From contig LUYE01000017.1 of NCBI GenBank assembly GCA_001602645.1, positions 32,714-96,713 of the forward strand: a stretch of DNA of 64,000 nt, read 5' to 3'. Position 1 is the stretch's first letter, and each line of letters starts with the position of its first letter. The translations under genes and the position numbers were made by a program. The DNA is from Methanosarcinales archaeon Methan_01 (GTDB lineage: Archaea; Halobacteriota; Methanosarcinia; Methanotrichales; Methanotrichaceae). Under the pieces are notes generated by a model that searched no databases, had not been told where the DNA came from, and was given only the letters and a program-made list of their open reading frames with translations. Shown one piece after another: positions 35,802-44,872 of the stretch.

Positions 35802-37175
35802 ATGGCCATCGAGATGAGCAGCCCCTGGATGGTGGGGCCGGTTTTCGCGGTCGCCGGCGCGGCCCTGGCGTGGATCGCGACCGAGTACAGGACGAGGAAG
35901 ACTTACAGGGGCATTCTCTTGCTGCTGGCGAAGTGCGCCGACGACTTTGCCGGCGTGGGGCAGGTGGAGAAGGCCCTATCCATCTACGACCAGATCCTCA
36001 AGGGCGTCCCGAGGCTTGAGCCCGCCGTAAGAGGGGAGATCCGGTTCAGGGAGGGGCTCTCCCGCTACGCCTCCTCCTTCGAGGGGGCGAGGGAGGAGAA
36101 CCTGGCCCTGGCGGTGGAGGCCTTCGAGGAGGCGATCCGCCTCTTCAAGGTTGAAGCCGACCCGATCGAGCACGCCCAGGCTCAGAACGGCCTCGGGATC
36201 TCCCTGGTCCGGCTATCAGAGATCGAGGGGGATGGGGTCCCCGATCCCTCGGGGCGGAAAGGAGGGGCGGAGGAGATGGCCAAAAACCTCAATCGAGCCA
36301 TCCTCGCCTTCGAGGCTGCCCTGAAGATCTACGCCGCCGAGGGGAGGGGGCAGGAGGAGGCCCAGACGGAGAACAACATCGGCGACGCATACCTCCTCCT
36401 CTCCCAGATAGGAGGGCCCAAGGCCGCCGAAGCCCTCGATAAGGCGATCGAGGCCTACGAGGCGGCCCTAAAGTTCAGGACGGCAGAGGCGCATCCCGAG
36501 GACCGCGCCGAGACCCAGACCAGCCTGGGACGCGCCTGGATGGCCCTCGCCCAGCTCGCAGAGGGGGATCTCCGGGAGGGCCACCTCGATAGGGCGATAT
36601 CCTCCTTCAAGGCGGCCCTGGAGATCAGGACGAAGGAGGACCACCCCCAGGAGCGGGCCGAGACCCAGACCCTCTTCGGGATGGCCCTGGTCCTGGAGGC
36701 GGAGCCCCAGGCCGCCGAGGGCGAGATCCGGTGGTCGGACCGGGAGGGGCTGAAGAAGGCGATCGAGGCGTACGAGGACGCCCTGGCCGTCCGGACCCAA
36801 GAGGCCCGCCCCCTGGAGTTCGCCGAGACGAAGAACCTTCTCGGCGAGGCCCTGGTCATCCTCGCTGGCGCCGCCAACGGCCCCGCCGACGGGGCGAACC
36901 TGAAGCGGGCGATCCGTGCCTTCGAGGAGGCCCTGGAGGTCCGGACCCAGGATTTCGACCCCGAGGGATACGCCGAGATCCAGAACAACCTCGGGGTCGC
37001 CTACCGGAAGCTCTCAAAGCTGGAGGACCGGGAGGGGAACCTGGAGCGGTCGATCCTCGCCTACGAGGCGGCGCTCCGGGCGCGGGCCGCCGGGGCGAGG
37101 AGGTGGGGGGAGAAAGGTGGAGGAGGGGAGGATTCCGGGGCGGAGAAGTCAGGGGATGAAGCTCTCCCCTCTTAG
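35802..37175 (+). CDS. Membrane-anchored TPR-repeat protein
   Basis: 457-aa ORF with an N-terminal TM segment (WMVGPVFAVAGAALAWIA). It has about seven units of roughly 45 aa of the form AIEAYEAALK.RT.E..P...A.TQ..LG.A. Confidence 0.75.
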   Translation: MAIEMSSPWMVGPVFAVAGAALAWIATEYRTRKTYRGILLLLAKCADDFAGVGQVEKALSIYDQILKGVPRLEPAVRGEIRFREGLSRYASSFEGAREENLALAVEAFEEAIRLFKVEADPIEHAQAQNGLGISLVRLSEIEGDGVPDPSGRKGGAEEMAKNLNRAILAFEAALKIYAAEGRGQEEAQTENNIGDAYLLLSQIGGPKAAEALDKAIEAYEAALKFRTAEAHPEDRAETQTSLGRAWMALAQLAEGDLREGHLDRAISSFKAALEIRTKEDHPQERAETQTLFGMALVLEAEPQAAEGEIRWSDREGLKKAIEAYEDALAVRTQEARPLEFAETKNLLGEALVILAGAANGPADGANLKRAIRAFEEALEVRTQDFDPEGYAEIQNNLGVAYRKLSKLEDREGNLERSILAYEAALRARAAGARRWGEKGGGGEDSGAEKSGDEALPS

Positions 37176-38152
37176 CACACCCTTTCTATCGCCTTCACCA
37201 TCCCCCACAGCACCTCATTCCCCGGCGCCTCCATCTCATGCTCTCTCGCGCGATCGAGGACGAAGCCGTTTATCGCGTCGATCTCCGTTCTCCTCCCGCG
37301 GAGGACGTCCTGGAGCATGCTGGAGGTGTTGCCGGCCGTGCTCTCGGCGACTTTCCGGACGAACTCCAGGACGGAAAGCTCATCGAAGCTCTGCCCCTCC
37401 TTTTCAGCGACGGCGACGCACTCCCCGACGATCCTCTCGACGATCGGTGCGAGATGGGGCGAGAGGACAATCCCGTTCTTCCCCCGGGTGAGGGCGGTGA
37501 TGGGGTTTATGACGGCGTTCGCGAAGAGCTTCATCCACTGCTGGCGCCGGAACTCCAGCGCGAACTCGGCAGAAAAGCCCTTCTCAGCAAGCCGGGACCC
37601 GATGAACAGCTCCAGATCCTCGCCGATCCCGGCCTCAAAGACCGTCTTTCCCCGCCCTTTGAGCTCGATCCTCCCGTCACCGGAGAAGACGACGCCCATG
37701 GACGTGGTACCTTCATAGACCCTGGCTCCGGGCAGGTCGAACCGCTCCGGGTTTCCCATCCCGTTCATCAGGAGGATGAACCGGGCGTCCGAGAGCTTCC
37801 CCGCCAGAAGCCTCGACTCCTTCAGCTCCTTCGCGACCGCCGGCAGGGCGTGAGTCTTGACGGTGACGACGACGACCTCCGGGGCGAACTCCGACTCCGC
37901 GAATTCGCCGAGGCCGGTGAAGGCGTGGCTGAAGCGGATTGAGAGGGGCTTATCGCCCGGGGCAAAAAAGACCTCCAGGCCCTGGGCCCTGATCCTCTCG
38001 ACGTGGCCGGGCCTCCCCAGGAGGGCGACCTCCTCGACGACGGGGCGAGCGCCCCCCTCCGTCCCGCCCCCATCTTCCGATTCCCGCTCCGAGAGGAGGT
38101 AGCCGAAGAAGGAGCCGATCGCCCCCGCCCCGTAGATCAGGACCTTCGTCAT
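37172..38152 (-). CDS. panE: 2-dehydropantoate 2-reductase (ketopantoate reductase, ApbA/PanE family)
   Basis: 326-aa ORF. Motifs are VLIYGAGAIGSFFGYLL (Rossmann), LLMNGMGN, QWMKLFANAVINP and NTSSMLQD. There is an acidic/Gly insertion after the Rossmann motif. Confidence 0.75.
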   Translation of the reverse strand: MTKVLIYGAGAIGSFFGYLLSERESEDGGGTEGGARPVVEEVALLGRPGHVERIRAQGLEVFFAPGDKPLSIRFSHAFTGLGEFAESEFAPEVVVVTVKTHALPAVAKELKESRLLAGKLSDARFILLMNGMGNPERFDLPGARVYEGTTSMGVVFSGDGRIELKGRGKTVFEAGIGEDLELFIGSRLAEKGFSAEFALEFRRQQWMKLFANAVINPITALTRGKNGIVLSPHLAPIVERIVGECVAVAEKEGQSFDELSVLEFVRKVAESTAGNTSSMLQDVLRGRRTEIDAINGFVLDRAREHEMEAPGNEVLWGMVKAIERVC

Positions 38153-38223
38153 GGGTCCTTTGTGCCCTTCTTTCTGCCCCTTTTGGACCGGAGGGACGTC
38201 TCCCGATCTCCCATCTTTCCCCC

Positions 38224-39414
38224 TTAAGCGATCCCCAGCTCCCGGTGCCTCTTCAGGATCTCGTCGGCAAGCCGGTCGAGGGCCTTATAATCCTCCTCGG
38301 TCGGGAGACCCTTCGCGAGGACCGGCTCGACCACCTCCACCTTCAGGAGGGGGATCGCCTCCTGGATCGCCTTCACCGTCTTGCCGCCCCAGCCGTAGGA
38401 GCCGATGATCGTCGCGAACTTCGTCTTCGGCCGCAGGGCGTTCGCGAGGAAGGCGACGTGAGCGGCGTTTGGGTGGGGCCCCGCCAGGACGGTGCAGGTC
38501 CCCAGGACGAGGGTCGCGGCGTCGACGAGGGCCTCGGCGATCTTCCCGACGTCCGATACGGCGAGGTCGAACCTCCTCACCCCGATTCCCCGAGCGATGA
38601 GGGCGTCGACGAGGTGGTCGACCATCAGCCTCGTGCTCCCGTGCATCGAGACGAAGGGGATCACCACCTCGTTCTTGACCTCGTCGCTGGACCAGTCTCG
38701 ATAGGCATCGACGATGAAGGTGGGGTCGGGGTGAAGGGGGCCGTGGCTTGGGGCTATCATCTTTATCTCCAAGGAGTCGACGATCTCCAGGTTCTTCCTT
38801 ATGATCGCCCGGAAGGGCATCATGATCTCGGCGTAGTACCTCTTGGCGGGCTCATAGATGATCTTCGGGTCGGCGAAGAGGTCGCTCGTCGCGTAATGGG
38901 AGCCGAAGAAGTCGCAAGGAAAGAGGATCTGCTCCTCCCGGAGGTAGGTGACCATCGTCTCCGGCCAGTGGACCCAGGGGGTGTATAGGAACTCCAGGGT
39001 TTTGCCGCCGAGGGACAAGGTCGATCGGTCCTCGACGGTCAGGAACTTCTCGGCCGGGATCTGGAGGTGATCGGCGAGGAGCTCTTTACACCGGGGGGTG
39101 CAGACCACCAAGGCCGTCGTAAACCGCTCGAGGACGGCCGGAATAGCCCCCGAGTGGTCCTGCTCGGCGTGGTTTGCCACCACGTAGTCGATCCGGTTGA
39201 GGCCGAGGGTTTCCAGGTTATCCAGCAGCGCCTCCGCGAAAGGCGGGTCGGCGGCGTCGATGAGGGCCGTCTTCTCGTCGCCGATGACGACGTAGGCGTT
39301 GTAGCTGGTCCCATCTGGCAAAGGTATAAGCTCGTCGAAGAGCCTCCGATCCCAGTCGATGACCCCGACGGAGCAGACCCCGGGGCTGATCTCTCTATAT
39401 ACGCCCATCTTCAT
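38224..39414 (-). CDS. fprA: Flavodiiron protein (F420H2 oxidase FprA type)
   Basis: 396-aa ORF. The N-terminal MBL-like domain has the diiron motif NHAEQDHSG. A C-terminal flavodoxin-like domain follows (LVLGTCTVLAGPHP...GSYGWGG). Confidence 0.9.
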   Translation of the reverse strand: MKMGVYREISPGVCSVGVIDWDRRLFDELIPLPDGTSYNAYVVIGDEKTALIDAADPPFAEALLDNLETLGLNRIDYVVANHAEQDHSGAIPAVLERFTTALVVCTPRCKELLADHLQIPAEKFLTVEDRSTLSLGGKTLEFLYTPWVHWPETMVTYLREEQILFPCDFFGSHYATSDLFADPKIIYEPAKRYYAEIMMPFRAIIRKNLEIVDSLEIKMIAPSHGPLHPDPTFIVDAYRDWSSDEVKNEVVIPFVSMHGSTRLMVDHLVDALIARGIGVRRFDLAVSDVGKIAEALVDAATLVLGTCTVLAGPHPNAAHVAFLANALRPKTKFATIIGSYGWGGKTVKAIQEAIPLLKVEVVEPVLAKGLPTEEDYKALDRLADEILKRHRELGIA

Positions 39415-40003
39415 CCCTCCCCCCGGACGAGCTCAACGGAGAGACCCTCGGCGAACCTCTCCGGCCCGGTCCGGCATCCGACCAAATCCTCGTCGGCGGT
39501 CTCGAGCTCAAAGCCCTCGCCCCAGGATACCGCCTCTGGGGATCCCTCGATGGACCAGGAACCCACGTAGTCATATTACATCATCTCCGGGACTTTATAT
39601 CTCCCCGTTCATACTTAAGCATTTATGAGGACGATTCCGAAAGGCCCCCTCCTCGAAGAAGAAAGCGGCGGCAGCCGGAGATTCCGGTATACCCTCATCT
39701 CTCCCGACCCCAACGGAGCTTCCCTGAGGTCTTATCGATCGCGATCCTCCCGCCCTGATCCTATGAGGTCGGTCCGGAGCCGCCATGTGGCATTATGGCT
39801 CCCTATCCAATCCCTCCTGGGCCGCCCATCGCCTCGATCTCCAGGTCCGTATCCCCAAACCTCCTCGCCGACGGGGAGGAAGAGCGATCCTGGGGGTCAG
39901 GCCCCGAACCGGTCCTGGCTTCATCGGATTTGAGTCGAAAATTATTAAATAGATAAGAACGCAATTAGTACCGATTTCAAATGAAGGGAGTTGGAGGGGT
40001 AGC

Positions 40004-41368
40004 ATGAGATGGTTACTTTGTCTCACGATCGCGCTTATGGCGCTGGCGCCGACAGCCCTCGGCGCGGTAGGGTTGGTTGAACAAACCGGGGAGTCTGCCT
40101 CCACCGGCCTCATGGGGTCGTACCAGGCAGAGGCCCCGAGCCTTAAAGGGCCTTACGATGAGGGGTATTCTCCGACGGACCTGAAGTTTCCCACCCCCGA
40201 GATGTACAGCTTCGCGCCCGAGGGGGGGCTGAGCTTCTCATCGGCGACCCCCCCGGACACCGTCCGGGCAGGGATGGAGGGATCCTCAGCAGCAACCTCT
40301 GTCTCCTGGTACTGGCCGGGGTCGGTGGAGTCCCAGAACAAGCTCTACGTCCAGACCCCCAATGGGGTGACGACGGTGGCGGGCTGCAGCAACGGCGGGT
40401 ATCTTCCCCTCTGGGCGAAGGTCGCCTACACCGGGAACTTCTTCGTCTACGAGTGGTATCCCAACAAGCTCACCCCCACGGTCAGCTGGCATTTCTGGAC
40501 GTGGCCCGACTACCTCAGGGGTTGGTTCCGAGGTGACGATCCCGGCTGGCATGTGGTATGCTTCCACTGCGACAAGGCCAGCAACTACGTCTACATATAC
40601 GTCTGGCCGGATTCCGGAGGCCATTCGATAGGCAAGTCCGGATCGTACTCTGGCGGGATGACCTATGCGGAGGGTACGATCTATGAGGAAGAGATGAAGA
40701 CGAGCTACTCGAAGATAGAGGCACCCCAGACGATGCCGTCGTCGACGTCTTTGGGCAGCGGAAGCCTCTCGACGGGGCTCGGGATGACAACCCCCACGCC
40801 GCCTGACCCCGTCTCCGAAGGGCTGATGCCCACAGATCTGCGGCTTCCAGCCCCAGAGTGCTCCACTTCCGCCGGTGGTTCTGGATTCTCCGGCGGGACG
40901 CCGGGAAGCACCGTCCCGTCGACCGGGACCGCTGCCTGCGGCGTTACCGCGACGGGCTACAGCTGCGGGACGATGGGCGCCATCTCGCCTCCCGGCTACA
41001 GCGCAGAAACCACCAGTACGGTTTCTGACTTCGGCCTCGTCTACACCCCGATGGCGGCTTCAAAGTACAACGAGTACTACGTCCAGACCTGGCCCAACAG
41101 GCTGACGACGGTGGCCAGCACCCAGAAGGGCGAGTGGCTCCCGCTCTGGTCCAAGATCACGCGACCGGGGATGTACTGGTCCTTCGAGTGGCCGCCGTGC
41201 AAGTCGGGGTACTACTGCAAGCCCGAGGTGAAGAGCCTAGGCTACAAGAAAGAGGGGTGGTATCCTACCTGGTTCAAGAGCAGCACCCCCGGATGGCACC
41301 TCCTGGTGTACCAGTGCAACGACTGGTCCAACTACGTCTACGTCTACGTCTGGCCCTTCGACTGCTGA
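40004..41368 (+). CDS. Secreted protein made of two copies of a module of about 170-195 aa related to the beta-domain of the 437/59804 family
   Basis: 454-aa ORF with a signal peptide MRWLLCLTIALMALAPTALGA. It has an internal duplication: YVQTPNGVTTVAGCSNGGYLPLWAKV...PGWHVVCFHCDKASNYVYIYVWP versus YVQTWPNRLTTVASTQKGEWLPLWSKI...PGWHLLVYQCNDWSNYVYVYVWP. Confidence 0.65.
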   Translation: MRWLLCLTIALMALAPTALGAVGLVEQTGESASTGLMGSYQAEAPSLKGPYDEGYSPTDLKFPTPEMYSFAPEGGLSFSSATPPDTVRAGMEGSSAATSVSWYWPGSVESQNKLYVQTPNGVTTVAGCSNGGYLPLWAKVAYTGNFFVYEWYPNKLTPTVSWHFWTWPDYLRGWFRGDDPGWHVVCFHCDKASNYVYIYVWPDSGGHSIGKSGSYSGGMTYAEGTIYEEEMKTSYSKIEAPQTMPSSTSLGSGSLSTGLGMTTPTPPDPVSEGLMPTDLRLPAPECSTSAGGSGFSGGTPGSTVPSTGTAACGVTATGYSCGTMGAISPPGYSAETTSTVSDFGLVYTPMAASKYNEYYVQTWPNRLTTVASTQKGEWLPLWSKITRPGMYWSFEWPPCKSGYYCKPEVKSLGYKKEGWYPTWFKSSTPGWHLLVYQCNDWSNYVYVYVWPFDC

Positions 41369-41397
41369 CCAGCCTCAGCCTCCTCCCCTCATCTCGA

Positions 41398-41408
41398 GGG
41401 GGGGGGGG
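41398..41408. repeat. G11 homopolymer immediately upstream of a TATA-like element
   Basis: Read directly from the sequence: ...CTCGAGGGGGGGGGGGCGATCTCTTTATATAC... Confidence 0.9.
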
Positions 41409-41415
41409 CGATCTC

Positions 41416-41423
41416 TTTATATA
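41416..41423 (+). promoter_or_regulatory. Candidate TATA box of the rps3ae-cooC transcription unit
   Basis: TTTATATA lies about 60 nt upstream of the proposed rps3ae start (41485). Confidence 0.35.
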
Positions 41424-41484
41424 CAGCGAGCTTGGGTCTACTCTGAAGCAATCTGATGCAATTACCCTTACTGGAGGATGTTTA

Positions 41485-42081
41485 TTGGCGAGAAGGTCAC
41501 AGAGGAAGTCTGACAGCAGGAAGGTCAAGACGAAGCAGTGGTACAAGGTCGTTGGACCCGAGATGTTCGGAAAGTCTTCCGTCGGGGAGACCCTGGCGAG
41601 CGACCCGAGCAACCTGATGGGGAGGATCATCGAGACGACCCTCGGGGAGCTGACGAACAACTTCTCTAAGCAGAACACAAAGCTGAAGTTCAAGGTGGAC
41701 CAGGTGGCTGGCGACTCCGCCTACACCAGCTTCGTCGGCCACGAGCTGACGAGCGACTACGTCCGGTCTCTGGTGAAGAGGAGAACCTCCCGGATCGACT
41801 CGATCATCGACGTCACCACCAGCGACGGCTACCGGGTCCGGGTTAAGCCGAGCTGCTTCACCGTCAAGAGGGCGAGGACCACCCAGGTCAAGACCATCAG
41901 AAACATAGCCTCGAATATAATTCAGGAGAAGGCGGGGACTCTGGACTTGAACCAGTTCATCCAGGAGGTCGTCCTCGGCAGGCTCTCCCTCGACATATAC
42001 AAAGACGCAAAAGATATCTACCCCCTGAGGCGGGTGGAGATCAGAAAGACCGAGATCCTGGCAGGGCCGGTTGCCTCATGA
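41485..42081 (+). CDS. rps3ae: 30S ribosomal protein S3Ae
   Basis: ORF 41134-42081. The upstream part overlaps the secreted-protein gene. From the in-frame TTG at 41485 it reads (M)ARRSQRKSDSRKVKTKQWYKVVGPEMFG...GRIIETTLGEL...LKFKV, the typical S3Ae N-terminus. No in-frame ATG is available. Confidence 0.88.
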   Translation: MARRSQRKSDSRKVKTKQWYKVVGPEMFGKSSVGETLASDPSNLMGRIIETTLGELTNNFSKQNTKLKFKVDQVAGDSAYTSFVGHELTSDYVRSLVKRRTSRIDSIIDVTTSDGYRVRVKPSCFTVKRARTTQVKTIRNIASNIIQEKAGTLDLNQFIQEVVLGRLSLDIYKDAKDIYPLRRVEIRKTEILAGPVAS

Positions 42082-42842
42082 AGATCCTGGGGTTCTTTGG
42101 AAAAGGCGGGACCGGCAAGACCACCCTCACCGCCCTGATCCTCCGGGAGCTGGTGAGGCGGAAAGAGGGGAGCATCCTCGCCGTCGACGCCGACGCCAAC
42201 GAGTGTCTCGCGAGCCTTCTGGGTGCAGATGGGACGCCGACCCTCTCGGATATGCTCCATAAGTACAAGCGGCAGAGGGAGGAGAGCCCCGAGCTGACGG
42301 GGATCGACATATTCCAGAACCTCTTCGACGCCCTCCTGATGGAGGGGGAACAGGACGGCTACGAGATGCTGATCATGGGGAGGGGCGAGGGGTCCGGCTG
42401 CTTCTGCGCAGTCAATGACCTCCTCCAGGCGGTCTTCGAGAAGACCGTCGATGGCGGAACCTACAGCTACCTCCTGATGGACTGCGAGGCTGGGGTGGAG
42501 CACATCGCGAGGAAGACGTCGGGGAAGATCCACGACGCCATCATCGTCACCGATGCGTCGAAGGTGAGCCTCGACACCCTGAAGCGGATTAAGGATGTGG
42601 CCTCGGAGGTGGGGGCGACGATCGAGCGCTACTACGTCGTCGCCAACAAGACCAAGCCCGAGATGCTGGAGAAGGTCAAAGAGGCAGCAGAGAGCCTGGG
42701 TTTCAAGTACCTGGGTGCCATCCCCGAGGACCCCAACTTCACGGAGGTTGCTTACCAGGGGAAGACCGTCTTCGACCTCCCCGACGACTCCCCGGCGGTC
42801 CTGGCCGCGAGGAAGATCGCAGACCAGATCCTCGAAGCCTGA
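42078..42842 (+). CDS. cooC: CooC-type P-loop ATPase (Ni-insertion accessory protein family)
   Basis: 254-aa ORF whose ATG overlaps the rps3ae stop (ATGA). It has a deviant Walker A GKGGTGKTT and the CXC metal motif GSGCFCAVN. Confidence 0.8.
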   Translation: MKILGFFGKGGTGKTTLTALILRELVRRKEGSILAVDADANECLASLLGADGTPTLSDMLHKYKRQREESPELTGIDIFQNLFDALLMEGEQDGYEMLIMGRGEGSGCFCAVNDLLQAVFEKTVDGGTYSYLLMDCEAGVEHIARKTSGKIHDAIIVTDASKVSLDTLKRIKDVASEVGATIERYYVVANKTKPEMLEKVKEAAESLGFKYLGAIPEDPNFTEVAYQGKTVFDLPDDSPAVLAARKIADQILEA

Positions 42843-42863
42843 GCGTGACCAAGAACTAAAACC

Positions 42864-43232
42864 ATGGAAGGAAGATCGATCTCAATTCTCATCTGCCTTG
42901 TCGCCTGCCTCGTCGCTGGCTGCTCAGATAAGGCTGGGGAGGGGACCAGCCCCGAGGGGCCGGCCTCCGGCCTCACCGTGGAGATAACCTCCCCCGCCAC
43001 CGGCTCGGTCCTCTCCGGGGATGAGCCGATCAGGTTCCAGGGGGAGGCGACGGGCGGGAAGAGGCCCTACACTTACCGGTGGTCGTCGTCGCTGGACGGT
43101 ACCCTCTCCACCGAGAGGTCCTTCGAAAGGCCGCCAGCGGAGATGAGCCGGGGTCGGTACATCGTCATCCTGAAGGCTTCGGACGCCTCGGGGGCGAAGG
43201 GCGAGGCGAGCATCGCCGTGACGGTCCTCTAG
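42864..43232 (+). CDS. Small lipoprotein-like protein with an Ig/PKD-like domain
   Basis: 122-aa ORF with a lipobox-like LVAGCS after a hydrophobic N-terminus. A beta-sandwich-like segment follows (VEITSPATGSVLSGDEPIRFQGEATGGKRPYTYRWSSSLDG). Confidence 0.55.
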   Translation: MEGRSISILICLVACLVAGCSDKAGEGTSPEGPASGLTVEITSPATGSVLSGDEPIRFQGEATGGKRPYTYRWSSSLDGTLSTERSFERPPAEMSRGRYIVILKASDASGAKGEASIAVTVL

Positions 43233-43302
43233 GGAGGACCTCGATATATCCGGCCCGTGGTCGGCGGCTCCGTCCCCCAGCCGATCTCAGCCGGTGCCAT
43301 AA

Positions 43303-44112
43303 ATGACCAATTCTGATTTGCCAGGGAGGGCTGGCTCGATGCCTTATACCCAGGACGATAGCACCGATAGCTGGAACCGGAATGCAGATGCCTGGCACCG
43401 GAACTTCGCCAGGAACGACCCCAACCGCCGAGATCTCCTGGACCCCATAATCCTCGAGGCCCTGGGAGACGTCGGGGGTAAACGGATCCTCGATGCCGGC
43501 TGTGGCGATGGCTACCTCAGCCGGAAGTTGGCCGAGCTTGGCGCCGTCGTCACAGGGGTGGAGTCATCTCATAGGATGCTGGCTTTTGCTCTGGCAGAAG
43601 AGGAAGCAGAGCCCCTGTCCATCACATATCATAAAGGAAATATAGCTCATCTCCCCTTTTTGGCAGACAGTTCCTTTGACGCCATAATCACCAATAACGT
43701 CATCCAGGACGCCGCAGATTTCGAGGGGGCTATCAGGGAGTTCAGCCGTACTCTCCAACCAGGAGGCATCTACCTCCACATCGTAAACCATCCGTGTTTC
43801 TCCGCCCCCGTCTTCGGCTGGGTGAAGGACGGCGAAGGAAGAAAGCTGTATAGGAAGGTCGACCGCTACTTCGATCGGGGACCGTTCCTCGTCCCCTGGG
43901 GCCCCAGGTCCGGGATGGAGCCGACGGTGGCCTGGCATCGGACCCTCGGGGATACGGTGAACTCCCTGATCTCTTCTGGATTTCGCCTCTTGCGGCTCCT
44001 GGAACCCGAACCTCCCGAATCCTGGGCAACCCTCCATCCGGAGCGGCTTGACGGCGCCCGGGTCCCCGATTTTCTCGTCCTCGTCTGCAAAAAGGAGGAG
44101 GCAGATCGCTAA
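43303..44112 (+). CDS. Class I SAM-dependent methyltransferase
   Basis: 269-aa ORF with motif I ILDAGCGDGYLSRKL and the post-I VTGVESS. An alternative start is the ATG at 43339. Confidence 0.8.
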   Translation: MTNSDLPGRAGSMPYTQDDSTDSWNRNADAWHRNFARNDPNRRDLLDPIILEALGDVGGKRILDAGCGDGYLSRKLAELGAVVTGVESSHRMLAFALAEEEAEPLSITYHKGNIAHLPFLADSSFDAIITNNVIQDAADFEGAIREFSRTLQPGGIYLHIVNHPCFSAPVFGWVKDGEGRKLYRKVDRYFDRGPFLVPWGPRSGMEPTVAWHRTLGDTVNSLISSGFRLLRLLEPEPPESWATLHPERLDGARVPDFLVLVCKKEEADR

Positions 44113-44119
44113 AGGAGGG

Positions 44120-44872
44120 TCATAGCCTCGCCTCGGCGAGGGCCCGGCCGCAGGAGCAGCCCCTCTCCTCGGGGATCATCGAGATGGCGGCCTCTATGAC
44201 CTCCCTCAGAAGCCGGGCGGATCTTTCCATCTCCCTCGTGATCTCTGCCGCTGCCATCGAATCAATCCTCATCCCGGCGGCGGGGTTTGTGACGATGCAG
44301 ATCGAGGCGTAACAGAGCTCCAGCTCCCGGGCGAGGACGACCTCAGGGTAGCCTGTCATGCCGACGACGTCGCCAAACCGCCGAAGCATCCTGATCTGAG
44401 CGGGGCTCTCCAGGTGGGGCCCCTCGGTGCAGACGTAGGTGCCGTCGGAGACGAGAGCGCCGGCGGCCTCCGCTCCTGCCGTCAGGGCCCGCCTCACCTC
44501 GGAGCAGTAGGGCGTCGTCAGATCGACGTGGACCGTCTCTTCCTCGAAAAAGGTAGCGGGCCTTGATCTGGTGAACTCGACGAAGTCGATGGGGATGACG
44601 AAGCTTCCAACGGGGTGCCAGGACATAGTCCCCACGGTGTTGGTGGAGATGACCCGGACCGCTCCTGCTGCCTTCGCCACCCAGAGGATGGCCCTGTAGT
44701 TCACCCGGTGGGGTGGGAGGTGAACCTCGCCGTGGCGCGGGATGAAGAGGACCTCTCGGCCGCCAAGCTCGATCGCCTCCGCCCTCACCTGGCCATAGGG
44801 GGTATCGATGAAGGACGCCTCGCCCTCCATCCCAAACCCGGTTCCTCCGATCACCGCGATCTTCTTATTCAT
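44120..44872 (-). CDS. S-methyl-5'-thioadenosine / purine nucleoside phosphorylase (MTAP family)
   Basis: 250-aa ORF with KIAVIGGTG, FIPRHG..H..PPHRVNYRA, CTEGPHLESPAQ and GMTGYPE motifs. Confidence 0.85.
   Translation of the reverse strand: MNKKIAVIGGTGFGMEGEASFIDTPYGQVRAEAIELGGREVLFIPRHGEVHLPPHRVNYRAILWVAKAAGAVRVISTNTVGTMSWHPVGSFVIPIDFVEFTRSRPATFFEEETVHVDLTTPYCSEVRRALTAGAEAAGALVSDGTYVCTEGPHLESPAQIRMLRRFGDVVGMTGYPEVVLARELELCYASICIVTNPAAGMRIDSMAAAEITREMERSARLLREVIEAAISMIPEERGCSCGRALAEARL

Noticed and set aside
39415-39560. Short minus-strand ORF ending at the fprA start (VGSWSIEGSPEAVSWGEGFELETADEDLVGCRTGPERFAEGLSVELVRGEG*, stop overlapping the fprA ATG region)
   Set aside because: It has only a GTG start, about 50 codons, and no RBS or homology recognised. 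It cannot be supported from the sequence alone.
39575-40003. About 430-bp high-GC gap between fprA and the secreted-protein gene, examined for a tRNA, ncRNA or gene relic
   Set aside because: No cloverleaf-compatible sequence, strong hairpin or recognisable peptide was found in any frame. The listed ORFs (39595-39786, 39625-39933, 39793-40113) are low-complexity.
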